This document shows positions 16,616-26,175 of a stretch of DNA of 39,443 nucleotides, piece after piece (the first letter of the stretch is position 1; every line of letters starts with the position of its first letter). The notes beneath the pieces were generated by a model. It worked only from the letters and a program-made list of their open reading frames with translations, did not search any database and was not told the origin of the DNA. The stretch is from a virus (Duplodnaviria; Caudoviricetes). A program made the translations under genes and the position numbers. The stretch is taken from the IMG/VR virus record IMGVR_UViG_3300046060_000085, positions 1-39,443 of that record; one strand, written 5' to 3'.

Positions 16616-16885
16616 TTACGACCACTCGTCGAAATTCCAGTTCGACTCGCCCCACGTCCAGCCGCCCGCGGTGCCGGTTGAGACGGCGGCGGAGTCACTG
16701 GTCGTCGAGGCGTCGCTGGCCGCGGCGTCGTTCTCGCGAGCGTCGACCTCGTCGGATGCGGTCGAGCGCTCGGTCAGGGGGCGGAGGAGGTTCGGAACCC
16801 CTTCTGTCGTCGAGACGGCTTCCTCGAGGTTGTCGATCCGGTCCTTGATGCCGCGAAGGATGCCGACTGCGTCTTTGTTGCTCAT
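16616..16885 (-). CDS. Small tail-associated protein
   Basis: N-terminal coiled coil; C-terminal WTWGESNWNFDEW. Confidence 0.7.
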   Translation of the reverse strand: MSNKDAVGILRGIKDRIDNLEEAVSTTEGVPNLLRPLTERSTASDEVDARENDAAASDASTTSDSAAVSTGTAGGWTWGESNWNFDEWS

Positions 16886-16891
16886 GTGTGG

Positions 16892-18313
16892 TCAAATGGT
16901 GTCGATGTCTTGGGCGACGATGTCCGTCGTCAGGTTCACGCCGCCGTAGCTGTCGCGGCGCTCGACGACGACGAAGTTCCCGACCGCGCGCTCGGCGGGT
17001 TCGTCGACGCCGATTACGTCGCCCGGTTTCAGGTTGTGCGCGCGAACCGATTCCGCCGGGAACTCGATGGTCCGAGCGGGCTTTCGCGAGTGCCGGATGG
17101 CGGACTTTGCAACCTCGTTGGTTTGCTGGCGGGTCTTCAGTGAGTCCTTTTGGATGATGCGCTCGCGACGGCGGTACTCGTCGATGCTGTCGGCGTCCGA
17201 GAGGATCGTCGCCAGCGGGTAGGGGTAGTAGGCCCGGTGCGCTGGGTCACTCGACGCGGTGTCGACGCCGATCTCTTGGCCGGTCGAGCCGTCGCTCTCG
17301 ATCATCAGCCACGGGTCGCGGTCGGGGAGCTTGTGCTCGGGGAGCAGGAACGTCGTCCAGTCGTCGTTCGCGAGGAAGTCGCTCGACAGCGTCTTCCGTG
17401 CGATGTCCGACTCCCGGCTTGACGGATCCTTCGGCGCGCCGTCCTGGTCGGCCTGCAGGCGCACGACTACGTTATCGCCACTCCCCGTCGTTCGCGTCCA
17501 GAGCTCGATGCGGGTGACTTCGGATTTCCGCGTGCGGATCTGGGTCTGGATTCGGTTCCCGTCGGAGACCGTTTCGTAGCCGTCGACGGTAGTCTGCTCG
17601 GCGTCGATCTCAACGCCTTCGCCGCCCTCGACGCGGATCTCGTTCGCGAGCGAGTCGTCGTTCTCCTTGACCTTGTGGAGGCCTTTATCGGCCGGTGTCA
17701 GTGTCCACTCGGTCGAGGCGGTTCCGAGCCGCTCGAAGACGAGGCTCGTCTCGTCCTGGGAGACAATCGCGTCCGCCCGATCGGCAAGGTCTCGCACCGC
17801 GTCGAGGAGCGACTTCCCCGTCCAGACGATGTTGACTTCCTCCGAGACGGTCGCGATCTGCGACCGGTCGATCTCCGGGGCGTTCCGCTTCAGGATGCGG
17901 TTCAAGACCGCATCCTCGGACCCCGCGATGGGGTCGCCCTCGAAGGCGTTCACGACCGAGCGCATATCGAGGACGCCGAAGACGAAGTCGTCAACGCGGA
18001 GTTCGAGTTGGGTCGTCGTCGGCCCGGTCTGGGCGTGCGTGACCGGGCGTGCGAGTCCGGTCCACCGATGCGAGAGCGCGTCCTCGCCGTCGAGTTGGGT
18101 TTTGAACCGCAGTCGGTCGCCGGACGTGATCGCGTCGGTGTAGGTCCCGCGGTCGTTCGTGAGTGCGATTCGGCCGGTGTCGATGAGGTCCTGGAGTCGA
18201 GAGTTGATGGTCAGCTGCTCGACGTCCACCCCAGGGATGACCGTGTCCGGGTCGGTCCCTGAGTTCGCTGGCGTGTAGACTTCGAGTTCCGCCGCAGCGA
18301 CGTTGCGTGTCAT
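16892..18313 (-). CDS. Tail tip / baseplate hub-like protein
   Basis: Follows tape measure; LANEIRVEG and LKPGDVIGV motifs. Confidence 0.72.
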   Translation of the reverse strand: MTRNVAAAELEVYTPANSGTDPDTVIPGVDVEQLTINSRLQDLIDTGRIALTNDRGTYTDAITSGDRLRFKTQLDGEDALSHRWTGLARPVTHAQTGPTTTQLELRVDDFVFGVLDMRSVVNAFEGDPIAGSEDAVLNRILKRNAPEIDRSQIATVSEEVNIVWTGKSLLDAVRDLADRADAIVSQDETSLVFERLGTASTEWTLTPADKGLHKVKENDDSLANEIRVEGGEGVEIDAEQTTVDGYETVSDGNRIQTQIRTRKSEVTRIELWTRTTGSGDNVVVRLQADQDGAPKDPSSRESDIARKTLSSDFLANDDWTTFLLPEHKLPDRDPWLMIESDGSTGQEIGVDTASSDPAHRAYYPYPLATILSDADSIDEYRRRERIIQKDSLKTRQQTNEVAKSAIRHSRKPARTIEFPAESVRAHNLKPGDVIGVDEPAERAVGNFVVVERRDSYGGVNLTTDIVAQDIDTI

Positions 18314-18326
18314 CGGTGAATCACTC

Positions 18327-20882
18327 TTACTCTAGTCGGAATCCAGCGCTGCGGAGTTCGTCGGTGAACCCGCGCGCCGCCTCTCGGCCTTCCCGGCGGC
18401 TTGACGCCTCGATCTTCTCGATGGTGATTTGCGGCCCACCACCGCCCTCGCCGCTCCGGCGGTCAACCTGAGCGGGGTTGAGCACGCGCTCACCCTCGTG
18501 GAGGTAAGCGTACCCCTCGTTGAGGATGTCACCGCCCGTGTCGAGTCCGGGCACAGCATTCGAGATTGAGGAACCGACGCTGGACCCGGTGTTCGAAACC
18601 GTCGACGAGGCCGCGCTCGCGGCCTTCGACGCGGCCGTGCTGGCTCGCGACTTCGCCTCCGAGAGTGCCTTCCCGGCCTTCGACGCGGCGTCCTTCGCGT
18701 CGTTGACGACGCCATCCACGACGCCCTTGATGTCGGAGGCGATGCCTTTGGCGACGTCGAGCGCTCCGCCGAGGACGTTACTGAAGGCGTCGGCGATGCT
18801 CCAGCTCTGAACTGCGGACAGGATGCCCGACAGCAGATCCGGGAAGATAGAGTTCCCGACGAGTGCCTGGTAGAGCCGCTTCGCGAGGGCGATAAGGCCG
18901 TCAATCACGCCCGTGAACACCGAGATGACGGTGCTCTTCCAGCTGGTGAACAGCGAGGTGATGCGCGAGAGCGTGCGATCGAGGTACCCGGTGATGATGT
19001 TCCAGGCGCCTTCCCAGTCACCCCGCAGTATGGCGAGTCCCGTCCGGACGGTCGTCAGGATAGCGTCGAAGACCTGCGAGACAACCGTCTGGATGACAGT
19101 GAACGCGAACTTGACAACCATCATGACTTCGTCTCCGAACGTGTTCCAGAGAGCGACGTATATCCCGACGTACTTCGAGATCACCGTCTGGAGCACGCCG
19201 AGGAACGTCGTGATGTAGGGTCGGACGAAGCCGACGAAGTCTTGGACGACGTTCCGGATGTGCTGGAACGTCGCCTGCGCCTCCTGCATCAGCTTCTGGC
19301 CGTGGGTCTGCCAGAGTCGCTGGATCGCCTGCAGCGTCGGCTGGACCAGATTCATCTGGATGAACCGCAGGACGGACTGGATGGTCGCCCGGATCGTGTT
19401 GAAGGCGTTCCGGGCGGACTGGAGTAGACTCGTCCCGTGGGTGTTCCAGAGCGCCTCAATCTTCGCGAGCGCTGGCTGGATGACGTTGTCCGAGAGGAAC
19501 GAGAGCACCGCCTGCGTCTTGTCTCGAATCCCGAATAGGTTCATCTGCCACGCCGCCGCCAGCGCCGCGATGGCCGCGATCGCGATGCCGATGGGCCCGG
19601 TCAGGATCGTGAACGCCGCCCCGAGCGCGCCCACCGCGCCTGATGCGGCGGCCGCCGCGGTCGTCGACGCTCCCAGGATGCCGATGAACGAGCCAATCGC
19701 GGTGACCGCGCCCCCGACGATGGCGGTGACGAGCGTCAGCGTCCCGAGGAGGCCGTTGGTCTTGTCGTTCCAGTCCGCGAACACCGACACGGCACTCGTG
19801 ACCTTCTCGAGGAGTGCGGTCAGGTACGGGAGCAGGACGTTCCCGATCGACCGGCTGATATTGCCCAGTTGGTTGTTGAGCAACCGCTTCTGGCCGGTGA
19901 GCGTGTTCGTCCGGATCTCCATCTCCTCCTCGAGGCTCGTCCCCTCCTGGAACTGCTGGTTGACCTTCTGCTGGGCCTCCTCGGTGCGCGCCATCTGTTG
20001 GCCGAGCTTCGAGAAGCCCCGCGTGGCCTGCGTGCCGAGCGCCGACGATAGTTCCTCGGCGGTGTCGCCGCCCTCGGCCATCTTCTGGGCGACGAGGTCG
20101 AACAGTTTCTCGGGGTTCTCCTCGCGCATCGCGCGGAACTGCTCGGGCGTCATCCCGAGTGCGGCCGCGATGTCCTCCATCTTCGACGGATCCATCAACG
20201 CCTCGGCCGCGCGCCGGAGTCCACCGGCCGCTCGGCGGGAGCTGGGCGAGACCTCGTTCATGCTCGCCGACAGCGCGAGGACCTTGTCCTCGGCCAGGCC
20301 GAACCGCTGGGAGAGGACGTTCGACGTCCGGGTCGCGGTGTCCGTGATCTCGGCGGCGTCGGTCTTCATCGAGTCAGCGAGGATGTTAACCCCGTTACCG
20401 AGCTTCTCGATCTCGCTCAGGGGGACGCCGACAGCGCTGGCGATCTTCGAGAACCGCTTGCCGGCCTCCTCAGCCGAGAGGTCGGTCGCGGTCTGGATCT
20501 TCGCGATGGTCCGGACGAAGTTCTCGATGTCATCGACGCCCTCGGCACCGAACTTCCCGGCCTGCTCGGCGAGCTCCGCGAAGTTCTCCGTCGCGACGGG
20601 GATCTCCTCACTCAGGTCCTGGAGCCGACCGCTCAGTTCGCCAGCCGTCTCCGGGTCGGTGACCTTCTCGACGTCCGCCATCACGGACTCCCACTCTTCA
20701 GCTGCACCGACCGCGTCGGCCAATTGCTTTGTCGCGAACGTCGCGAGCGCTGCGCCGGCGAGCCCGACGGCCGTCCGGAAATCACCGAGTTTTCCAATGC
20801 CGCCCTCAAGGGCGTCGTTGAGACCACTGGAGTCGCCACTAATCGGGACTTGAATCTCTTCCGCTGCACCTGTTATTGCCAT
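18327..20882 (-). CDS. Tail tape measure protein (851 aa)
   Basis: TP901-like core (WESVMADVEKV...), hydrophobic segments, spaced Trp, GLDTGG...AYLHEGERVL. Confidence 0.93.
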   Translation of the reverse strand: MAITGAAEEIQVPISGDSSGLNDALEGGIGKLGDFRTAVGLAGAALATFATKQLADAVGAAEEWESVMADVEKVTDPETAGELSGRLQDLSEEIPVATENFAELAEQAGKFGAEGVDDIENFVRTIAKIQTATDLSAEEAGKRFSKIASAVGVPLSEIEKLGNGVNILADSMKTDAAEITDTATRTSNVLSQRFGLAEDKVLALSASMNEVSPSSRRAAGGLRRAAEALMDPSKMEDIAAALGMTPEQFRAMREENPEKLFDLVAQKMAEGGDTAEELSSALGTQATRGFSKLGQQMARTEEAQQKVNQQFQEGTSLEEEMEIRTNTLTGQKRLLNNQLGNISRSIGNVLLPYLTALLEKVTSAVSVFADWNDKTNGLLGTLTLVTAIVGGAVTAIGSFIGILGASTTAAAAASGAVGALGAAFTILTGPIGIAIAAIAALAAAWQMNLFGIRDKTQAVLSFLSDNVIQPALAKIEALWNTHGTSLLQSARNAFNTIRATIQSVLRFIQMNLVQPTLQAIQRLWQTHGQKLMQEAQATFQHIRNVVQDFVGFVRPYITTFLGVLQTVISKYVGIYVALWNTFGDEVMMVVKFAFTVIQTVVSQVFDAILTTVRTGLAILRGDWEGAWNIITGYLDRTLSRITSLFTSWKSTVISVFTGVIDGLIALAKRLYQALVGNSIFPDLLSGILSAVQSWSIADAFSNVLGGALDVAKGIASDIKGVVDGVVNDAKDAASKAGKALSEAKSRASTAASKAASAASSTVSNTGSSVGSSISNAVPGLDTGGDILNEGYAYLHEGERVLNPAQVDRRSGEGGGGPQITIEKIEASSRREGREAARGFTDELRSAGFRLE

Positions 20883-20903
20883 AAATGGTGAGTGTGGCGG
20901 TCG

Positions 20904-21164
20904 TTACCCGCCGGTCATGTCACTTATCTCGTCCAGGAGGCGCTGGCGTTCGGCTCGATGTCCCGCTTCGAGCTCCTGCTTGCGGGCGGCGACGTTCGCC
21001 GACGACTTTGTCCCGGACTGCTGTGAGCGCCGTTGCTCGTTCCGGTAGCGGACGCCCTCGGCGAACCGCCGGATTTCGCCTGCATGGAGCTGTGGAATCG
21101 AGAAGTAGTCGTAGCCGCCGGTCTTGTGGAGCGCGACCTCGAACGCCGCCTGCTCGGCTAGGGA
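20904..21164 (-). CDS. Tail chaperone gpT-like part, expressed by -1 frameshift
   Basis: Coding-like frame AEQAAFEVALHKTGGYDYFSIPQL with no usable start of its own; -1 relative to upstream ORF. Confidence 0.7.
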   Translation of the reverse strand, partial: SLAEQAAFEVALHKTGGYDYFSIPQLHAGEIRRFAEGVRYRNEQRRSQQSGTKSSANVAARKQELEAGHRAERQRLLDEISDMTGG

Positions 21165-21640
21165 GTGGCCTCCTCGGCGTCGTCCTCGTTGACCTCCTCC
21201 ATCGCCTTCTCGAGGAGCTCGTCGCCCATCCCGCCGACGGCTTCGAGCGCCGCCGCGTTCTCCTTCATCTGCTGCTGCTGGACCGCCGAGAATGCTGTAA
21301 ATCCCGACGAATTCTTCACACATTGGATGAGGGCAGGGACGAGGTAGTCGGGGACGTTCTCGAGGTCGCCACTGGAACCGATGCCTTCAGCGATGAACTC
21401 GCCGAAGAACGCCTCGACGCGCTCGTCGTCCGCGCGGTCGCTCTCGAGGACGTCCTCGTAGCGTTCGGCCGCGCCGCCGACCAGCGGCTTGACCTTCACG
21501 GCGAGGTCCGTGCCGGGGATGCGTTGCTTCACCGGGGCGAGCTCGCCCTCGTCGTCGCGGCGCACCCCGAAGTCCTCGGGATGCGCGATCTCCAGGTCGT
21601 CGTCTTCACCGTCTGCGAATCGGGTTTCGCGATCAGTCAT
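21158..21640 (-). CDS. Tail assembly chaperone gpG-like
   Basis: Lies between tail tube and tape measure genes. Confidence 0.8.
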   Translation of the reverse strand: MTDRETRFADGEDDDLEIAHPEDFGVRRDDEGELAPVKQRIPGTDLAVKVKPLVGGAAERYEDVLESDRADDERVEAFFGEFIAEGIGSSGDLENVPDYLVPALIQCVKNSSGFTAFSAVQQQQMKENAAALEAVGGMGDELLEKAMEEVNEDDAEEATP

Positions 21641-21643
21641 GCG

Positions 21644-22906
21644 TTAGTTTGCCTCCAGTTCGATGGCGGGATCGCCACTCGCTTCGAGCGTCTCCGAGAG
21701 ACTCGCGACGCCTTGGTCGGCCTCGACCGTCCGGGTCGCCGAGTCGGTCGGGACCGTGTTCTTGAATCGGATGATGCCGCCGCTGAGTTCGTGCTCGAGG
21801 TCGCCCTGGTCTTTCTGGAGCGACTCCATCATCGACTGATGGGAGACGAACGGGCCCGCGACGTCCGCGTCGACCGAGACCGTCCGGTTGCCCTCGTCGA
21901 CGGACGGAGCGCGCGTCTCCGAGAGCGCGTTCGTCTCGAGGTCGTTCTCGACCGTCCACGATGCGCTGTTGACGCGAGCGCGGAGGGCCGACCCCGCGCG
22001 CTCGAAGCGGTCGCCGACGAAGTGCTCGAACGACGTGCCGATCTCGGCGGCGTGCGAGCCCGCGCCGAGCGGCGGGACCCCGCGGTCGCCGTCGACGGGC
22101 TGGTCGTCGTCACTGTAGGTCAGACCACCCTCGATCCCGCAGAGAGTCGTCCCCGACCCATCGGTGACCGTGACGTCACCCACGGGGTTGTCGCTGATCC
22201 AGATCGCGTCGATGTCCGCGAACTCGGACTGGGTCGTGGCGTTGGCGGCCACGAAGTTGCCGTTGGCGTCCGTCTCTTCGGTCAGCGAAATCGTCTCGGC
22301 CGTCCCAGCGTCTTCGTCTTCGATCGTGACGTCGAGGGCGATGTCGTTCTGATTCTCGGACTCGACGGTGACCGTCGTCGCAGCGCTCGGCTGATGAATC
22401 AGGTACGACCGGACTTTCTGGGGTTGGGCTTGCATTTCGAGGAGAATCGGGTTCTCCTCGCTCGGGTCGAGCGTCGGCTCGACCGACTCGACCCGAGCGC
22501 CGCGGGCGACGGTGTACTCCCGGACGCCAGCGCCGTCGTTGCCGCCGGGGTGCTCGCGCCGACCGCCGATCAGGAGTGTGCCGGGGAGCTGGTTGTACTG
22601 GTTGCGGAGGATTCCGTACGCACTCGCGTCGACCGGGTCCCCCGCAGCGTCGACGGGGAACTGCTGGAGATCGTAGCCGGTCGTCAGCGACGGTTCCTCC
22701 ATCGCACGGTTGTGGTCGACCGCGTCCGGCGTACTGACGCCGTCCTGGCGGCCGAGCGACGCGCCAGCCTCGGCCTCGAACGACCGGACGACGTCGCTGA
22801 ATCGCTGCCAGTCGGGGTCGGTTGGTACTTCGCCGGGCGCGGGTTCTTCAACCCATTCGTAGCGCCCGGGGAGTTGTCCACTCTCGGGGGTATCGCTTGC
22901 AGGCAT
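21644..22906 (-). CDS. Major tail (tube) protein
   Basis: Synteny; 420 aa, acidic and beta-rich. Confidence 0.8.
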   Translation of the reverse strand: MPASDTPESGQLPGRYEWVEEPAPGEVPTDPDWQRFSDVVRSFEAEAGASLGRQDGVSTPDAVDHNRAMEEPSLTTGYDLQQFPVDAAGDPVDASAYGILRNQYNQLPGTLLIGGRREHPGGNDGAGVREYTVARGARVESVEPTLDPSEENPILLEMQAQPQKVRSYLIHQPSAATTVTVESENQNDIALDVTIEDEDAGTAETISLTEETDANGNFVAANATTQSEFADIDAIWISDNPVGDVTVTDGSGTTLCGIEGGLTYSDDDQPVDGDRGVPPLGAGSHAAEIGTSFEHFVGDRFERAGSALRARVNSASWTVENDLETNALSETRAPSVDEGNRTVSVDADVAGPFVSHQSMMESLQKDQGDLEHELSGGIIRFKNTVPTDSATRTVEADQGVASLSETLEASGDPAIELEAN

Positions 22907-22909
22907 GAT

Positions 22910-23077
22910 TTAGTCCTCTTCCTCTTTGCGTCGGATAGCGTCGTACTGGGCGACCAGCGCCTCGCCGACGTCCTCCGAGACCTGCGCGGTCCCGGTCTCG
23001 GCGAACTCGACAGGCTCGTCCATGAGCTCGTCGTCGTAGAGGCGTCTCGTCGCCCGATTCTCGGTGATGATGAACAC
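22910..23077 (-). CDS. Small structural-module protein (55 aa), not in ORF track
   Basis: GTG start; FIITENRATRRLYDDELMDEPVEFAETGTAQVSEDVGEALVAQYDAIRRKEEED fills the gap exactly. Confidence 0.7.
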   Translation of the reverse strand: MFIITENRATRRLYDDELMDEPVEFAETGTAQVSEDVGEALVAQYDAIRRKEEED

Positions 23078-23083
23078 GGTTCT

Positions 23084-23614
23084 TTAGGGCGTCTCGGTGT
23101 GTTTCGTTCTCGCGACGACGATTCGCCGATAGTGCGTCGGCGACCGCTCGATGTCGTTCGACGAGGACGGCTGCTCGGCGTTGACCCACTCGTAGCCGTC
23201 CGGCACGGGTGGGCCCACGTCGGCTTCGTCAGCCTCGAAGAGGACGCGATGCGTCTCGCGGCCCAGTTCGTTCGCGACGGTGTCGGGATTCGAGTCCTCT
23301 GTCTGGTAGACGTCGGCATCGTGGGGGCCGCCCCAGCAGTCGATCTGGACCGCCGTGATGACGTCCTGGATGCCGCCGCGGCCGCCGGCGTCGATGCCGG
23401 AGTACTGCGTCTGTCCACCGCCGGCGACGACCGGATCCTCCGAGACGACCGCGACCTGCGGGTAGTCGTTCGCGCCGTCGTAGCCGGCGAACCGGACGTC
23501 GCCCTCTACGGTCGGGTCGGTCGGGTCGCCAGGGCTGAACGTGACCGAGACGGCAGTTTCGTCGAAGTACTCACGCAGGAATGCGACGAGGTCGGCCTTG
23601 ATGTCGCGCGTCAC
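23084..23614 (-). CDS. Tail terminator-like protein
   Basis: Synteny; YPQVAV and VQIDCW motifs. Confidence 0.7.
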   Translation of the reverse strand: MTRDIKADLVAFLREYFDETAVSVTFSPGDPTDPTVEGDVRFAGYDGANDYPQVAVVSEDPVVAGGGQTQYSGIDAGGRGGIQDVITAVQIDCWGGPHDADVYQTEDSNPDTVANELGRETHRVLFEADEADVGPPVPDGYEWVNAEQPSSSNDIERSPTHYRRIVVARTKHTETP

Positions 23615-23733
23615 AGCACAACCACCGTCAACGCGAAGGCGACGGCGAAGAATAACATGACGATAACGCCAGTCACGCCGTCACCACCGCCCTTGAACGT
23701 CGTTTGCGTTTCGATGTCGGGTCTATCCTGCAT
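23611..23733 (-). CDS. 40-aa single-TM micro-protein, not in ORF track
   Basis: MQDRPDIETQTTFKGGGDGVTGVIVMLFFAVAFALTVVVL; GTGA-coupled to next gene. Confidence 0.6.
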   Translation of the reverse strand: MQDRPDIETQTTFKGGGDGVTGVIVMLFFAVAFALTVVVL

Positions 23734-23736
23734 TGT

Positions 23737-24084
23737 TTAGTCCTCCACGACCGTCAGTGCGGTCACGCCGCCGTCCTCTTCGTGCGTCTCGAGGAGCCGG
23801 TAGGTCGTCCCGTTCGGATGCTGCAGTTTCGTCGGGTAGCCGTCGTCACTCCCCGCCGGACGGAGCGTCACCCCGCCGGGGACGGCGCGAAGTTCGAGGT
23901 CAGTCTCGACCTCGGTGCCGTCGGAGTCGGTGGCGGTCTGGGGCATCCCCCGGCGCTCGAGCAGGGCGGCGACCGTTCCGTCGTCACTGTACGACGGCGT
24001 CGACCGTCCACCGCCACCGCTGGCGTTCCGGACGGTGTACGTGCGGCCTTGCGACTGGATGAGTCGCTGGATGGGGCCGTGCAT
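23737..24084 (-). CDS. Head closure-like protein
   Basis: ATG at 24084 (MHGPIQRLI); synteny. Confidence 0.68.
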   Translation of the reverse strand: MHGPIQRLIQSQGRTYTVRNASGGGGRSTPSYSDDGTVAALLERRGMPQTATDSDGTEVETDLELRAVPGGVTLRPAGSDDGYPTKLQHPNGTTYRLLETHEEDGGVTALTVVED

Positions 24085-24085
24085 G

Positions 24086-24469
24086 TCAGATCTCGCTCTC
24101 CTTCCGGGCCTGGATCGACGCGATCGTCGTGCCCGACTCGCGGACGTCCTTTCGGTCGGCGATCTTCTTCGCCTCGTTCTGGACGGCCAGCGCGGCGCAC
24201 TTGACGACGTTCGCCTCGCTATCCAGCGGGATGTTCTGCGTCGTGCTGATCTGCTGGACATGCATCGAGAGGTTCGACCGGACCCGGTCGGCTGCTGGGC
24301 GCATGAACGGCCGCGCCTCCATCTTGCTGGTGCCCAGCTCGTGGTAGACCGCGTAGCTGGTGGCCGGGCCCACGAGGTAGACGGTGTCGCCCTCAAAGTT
24401 GACGCGGACCTCCTCGAAGAGGTCCGTCACGGCGTCGATGCCGGTAACCGAGATGCCCCAGCCGTTCAT
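24086..24469 (-). CDS. HK97 gp10-like neck/tail completion protein
   Basis: YAVYHELGTSKMEARPFMRPA. Confidence 0.88.
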   Translation of the reverse strand: MNGWGISVTGIDAVTDLFEEVRVNFEGDTVYLVGPATSYAVYHELGTSKMEARPFMRPAADRVRSNLSMHVQQISTTQNIPLDSEANVVKCAALAVQNEAKKIADRKDVRESGTTIASIQARKESEI

Positions 24470-24876
24470 GATTTACCCCCTGTCGAGTGGATGTTGCGGC
24501 TGGTATCCCGGATGACCCTACTCGACCGGCCGAACGCGTCTCCCGGATCTGCTCGCCGGACGCGTTTGCGGAGGTTTGAGATCTCGCTGGTCTCGTACTT
24601 GGTCGACGACCGGCCTGATGCGACGGACTCGCCACGGCGGTCACGACCCTCGGCGATACGTAGCGCGGCGAGCACGGCCTCTAAGTCCTGGCGGTGCTGG
24701 TCGTCCTCGAACAGGACATCTCCGGAGGCGTACTCGCGGTCGATTTCGCGCTCGACACGCCCGAGGATTCCGGTATCGTTCGAGTCGCCTTCCGTGCCCT
24801 CGATGTCTGAATCCGCGAGGTGAGTGTCGATCTCGACGCGGACGTCGGAGGCAGTGGTGCCAGCGCTCGTCGCCAT
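24466..24876 (-). CDS. Head-tail adaptor-like protein
   Basis: Synteny and size; TTASDVRVEIDT N-terminus. Confidence 0.65.
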   Translation of the reverse strand: MATSAGTTASDVRVEIDTHLADSDIEGTEGDSNDTGILGRVEREIDREYASGDVLFEDDQHRQDLEAVLAALRIAEGRDRRGESVASGRSSTKYETSEISNLRKRVRRADPGDAFGRSSRVIRDTSRNIHSTGGKS

Positions 24877-24879
24877 GGG

Positions 24880-25275
24880 TTACTCCCGCCGGTTTTCGAT
24901 GGCTGTGGCGACGCCGTCTCGGTCGCGGCCCGCTTCCTCCGCGGCTTTGATCGCGTCGAGATGGTCGTCGTAGCCGCCCGATTCGAGGTCGGCGACGACG
25001 TCGGACATCGGCGTCCGGTCGACGAACGCCTCCGCGTCGAACTCGTGCGTGCTGTCGCCCTCCGCATCGTCGTCGGTCTCCGTGCTGGCCGAACCTGCAG
25101 GGCCCTTTCCGCCACGTTCGATGTGACGGTGCATCGCGAGGAGTTTGTCGGCGACTGCCGAGTCCTCGACGTACGCGTAGCCGTCCTCGTCGAACTCCAG
25201 CGGAGAGTCGTCGCCGAGTACCTGCTGGTTGCGGACCTCGGCCGACTCACCGGAGTCGTTTTTAAGATAGGGCAT
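24880..25275 (-). CDS. Hypothetical protein after MCP
   Basis: Acidic; C-terminal E..GRDRDGV helix motif. Confidence 0.75.
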   Translation of the reverse strand: MPYLKNDSGESAEVRNQQVLGDDSPLEFDEDGYAYVEDSAVADKLLAMHRHIERGGKGPAGSASTETDDDAEGDSTHEFDAEAFVDRTPMSDVVADLESGGYDDHLDAIKAAEEAGRDRDGVATAIENRRE

Positions 25276-25281
25276 GAGTGG

Positions 25282-26148
25282 TTAGGTCTGGATGGCGATG
25301 TTTGCGGTCGGCTGGGTCGCCGCGAAGCCGACACGCTCGTCGATCTGCCAGACGTCGGCTTCAATCGACTCGTCGCGGTACTGCGTGATGTCCTGAGCGC
25401 GCCGGGTGGATTCCCAGCCGAAGTTCGTCGGATCGACGAGGTAGCCTTCGCCGGCGCTGTAGTCGGTCGTGTTGGTGAGGAAGACGGGGATGTCGCCGAC
25501 GGTTCCGAGGAACGCCTGGCTACCGACGAGGTTGCCGCCGGGCAGGACACCCTGTTCGATGACCTGGTCGCCGAGCTCACTCGCCTGTGTGAACTCGCCC
25601 ATCTGGAGGAAGTCGGACATGTTCAGTCCTCCCGTGATGAGTCGGAGTTCGTCCAGGTCGAGTTCCTCCTGGAACGCGCGCTGGCGCGCCTCGACGATGT
25701 CGCCGTACTCGAACGTGCCCGAGCCGTCGCCGGACGCGTCGATTGCGCCCGCGCTGTTGGTGTTGCCCGAGAGGACGTTGTAGGCGATGGAGTCGAGACG
25801 AGTCTCCTCGGCTCGGACCATGTCCTGCTCTTGGTCCATCGTGATGTCGATGACGTTGTCCTCAACGTCCTCGTCTGGGATCACGATCTCGACCCCGTAC
25901 TTCGTGTGGGCGACCTGGACGGTGCCGTAGTCCTTGGTCGCTCGCGGGTACTCGCTCCCAGCCGGAATCTCGGAAACCTCGCCATCGAAGTTCCCATCGC
26001 TGATGGGGAACTCGACGGAGTTCGAGTCGTTGTTGGTGGCGTCGTAGTCGCGGAACGCCCGCCGGTTCTGGTACTTCTTGTTGCGGATTTTCTCGACGAT
26101 GCTCCGAACGTCGTCGTCGCTGATGATGTCGGATGCTTTCTGAGCCAT
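25282..26148 (-). CDS. Major capsid protein (HK97 fold)
   Basis: EIPAGSEYP, HTKYGVEIVI, GTVGDIPVF, ERVGFAATQP; synteny. Confidence 0.9.
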   Translation of the reverse strand: MAQKASDIISDDDVRSIVEKIRNKKYQNRRAFRDYDATNNDSNSVEFPISDGNFDGEVSEIPAGSEYPRATKDYGTVQVAHTKYGVEIVIPDEDVEDNVIDITMDQEQDMVRAEETRLDSIAYNVLSGNTNSAGAIDASGDGSGTFEYGDIVEARQRAFQEELDLDELRLITGGLNMSDFLQMGEFTQASELGDQVIEQGVLPGGNLVGSQAFLGTVGDIPVFLTNTTDYSAGEGYLVDPTNFGWESTRRAQDITQYRDESIEADVWQIDERVGFAATQPTANIAIQT

Positions 26149-26175
26149 AAGTAATCAGGATGCGTCGTCAGTTGT

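Noticed and set aside
20885-23740. 951-aa + strand ORF, and other long + strand ORFs (19258-20853, 24820-26154, 28317-29939, 2982-4145)
   Set aside because: These are antisense shadows of real minus-strand genes; GC-rich GAC/GAG codon bias suppresses stops, and the products are V/L/R-rich with no motifs
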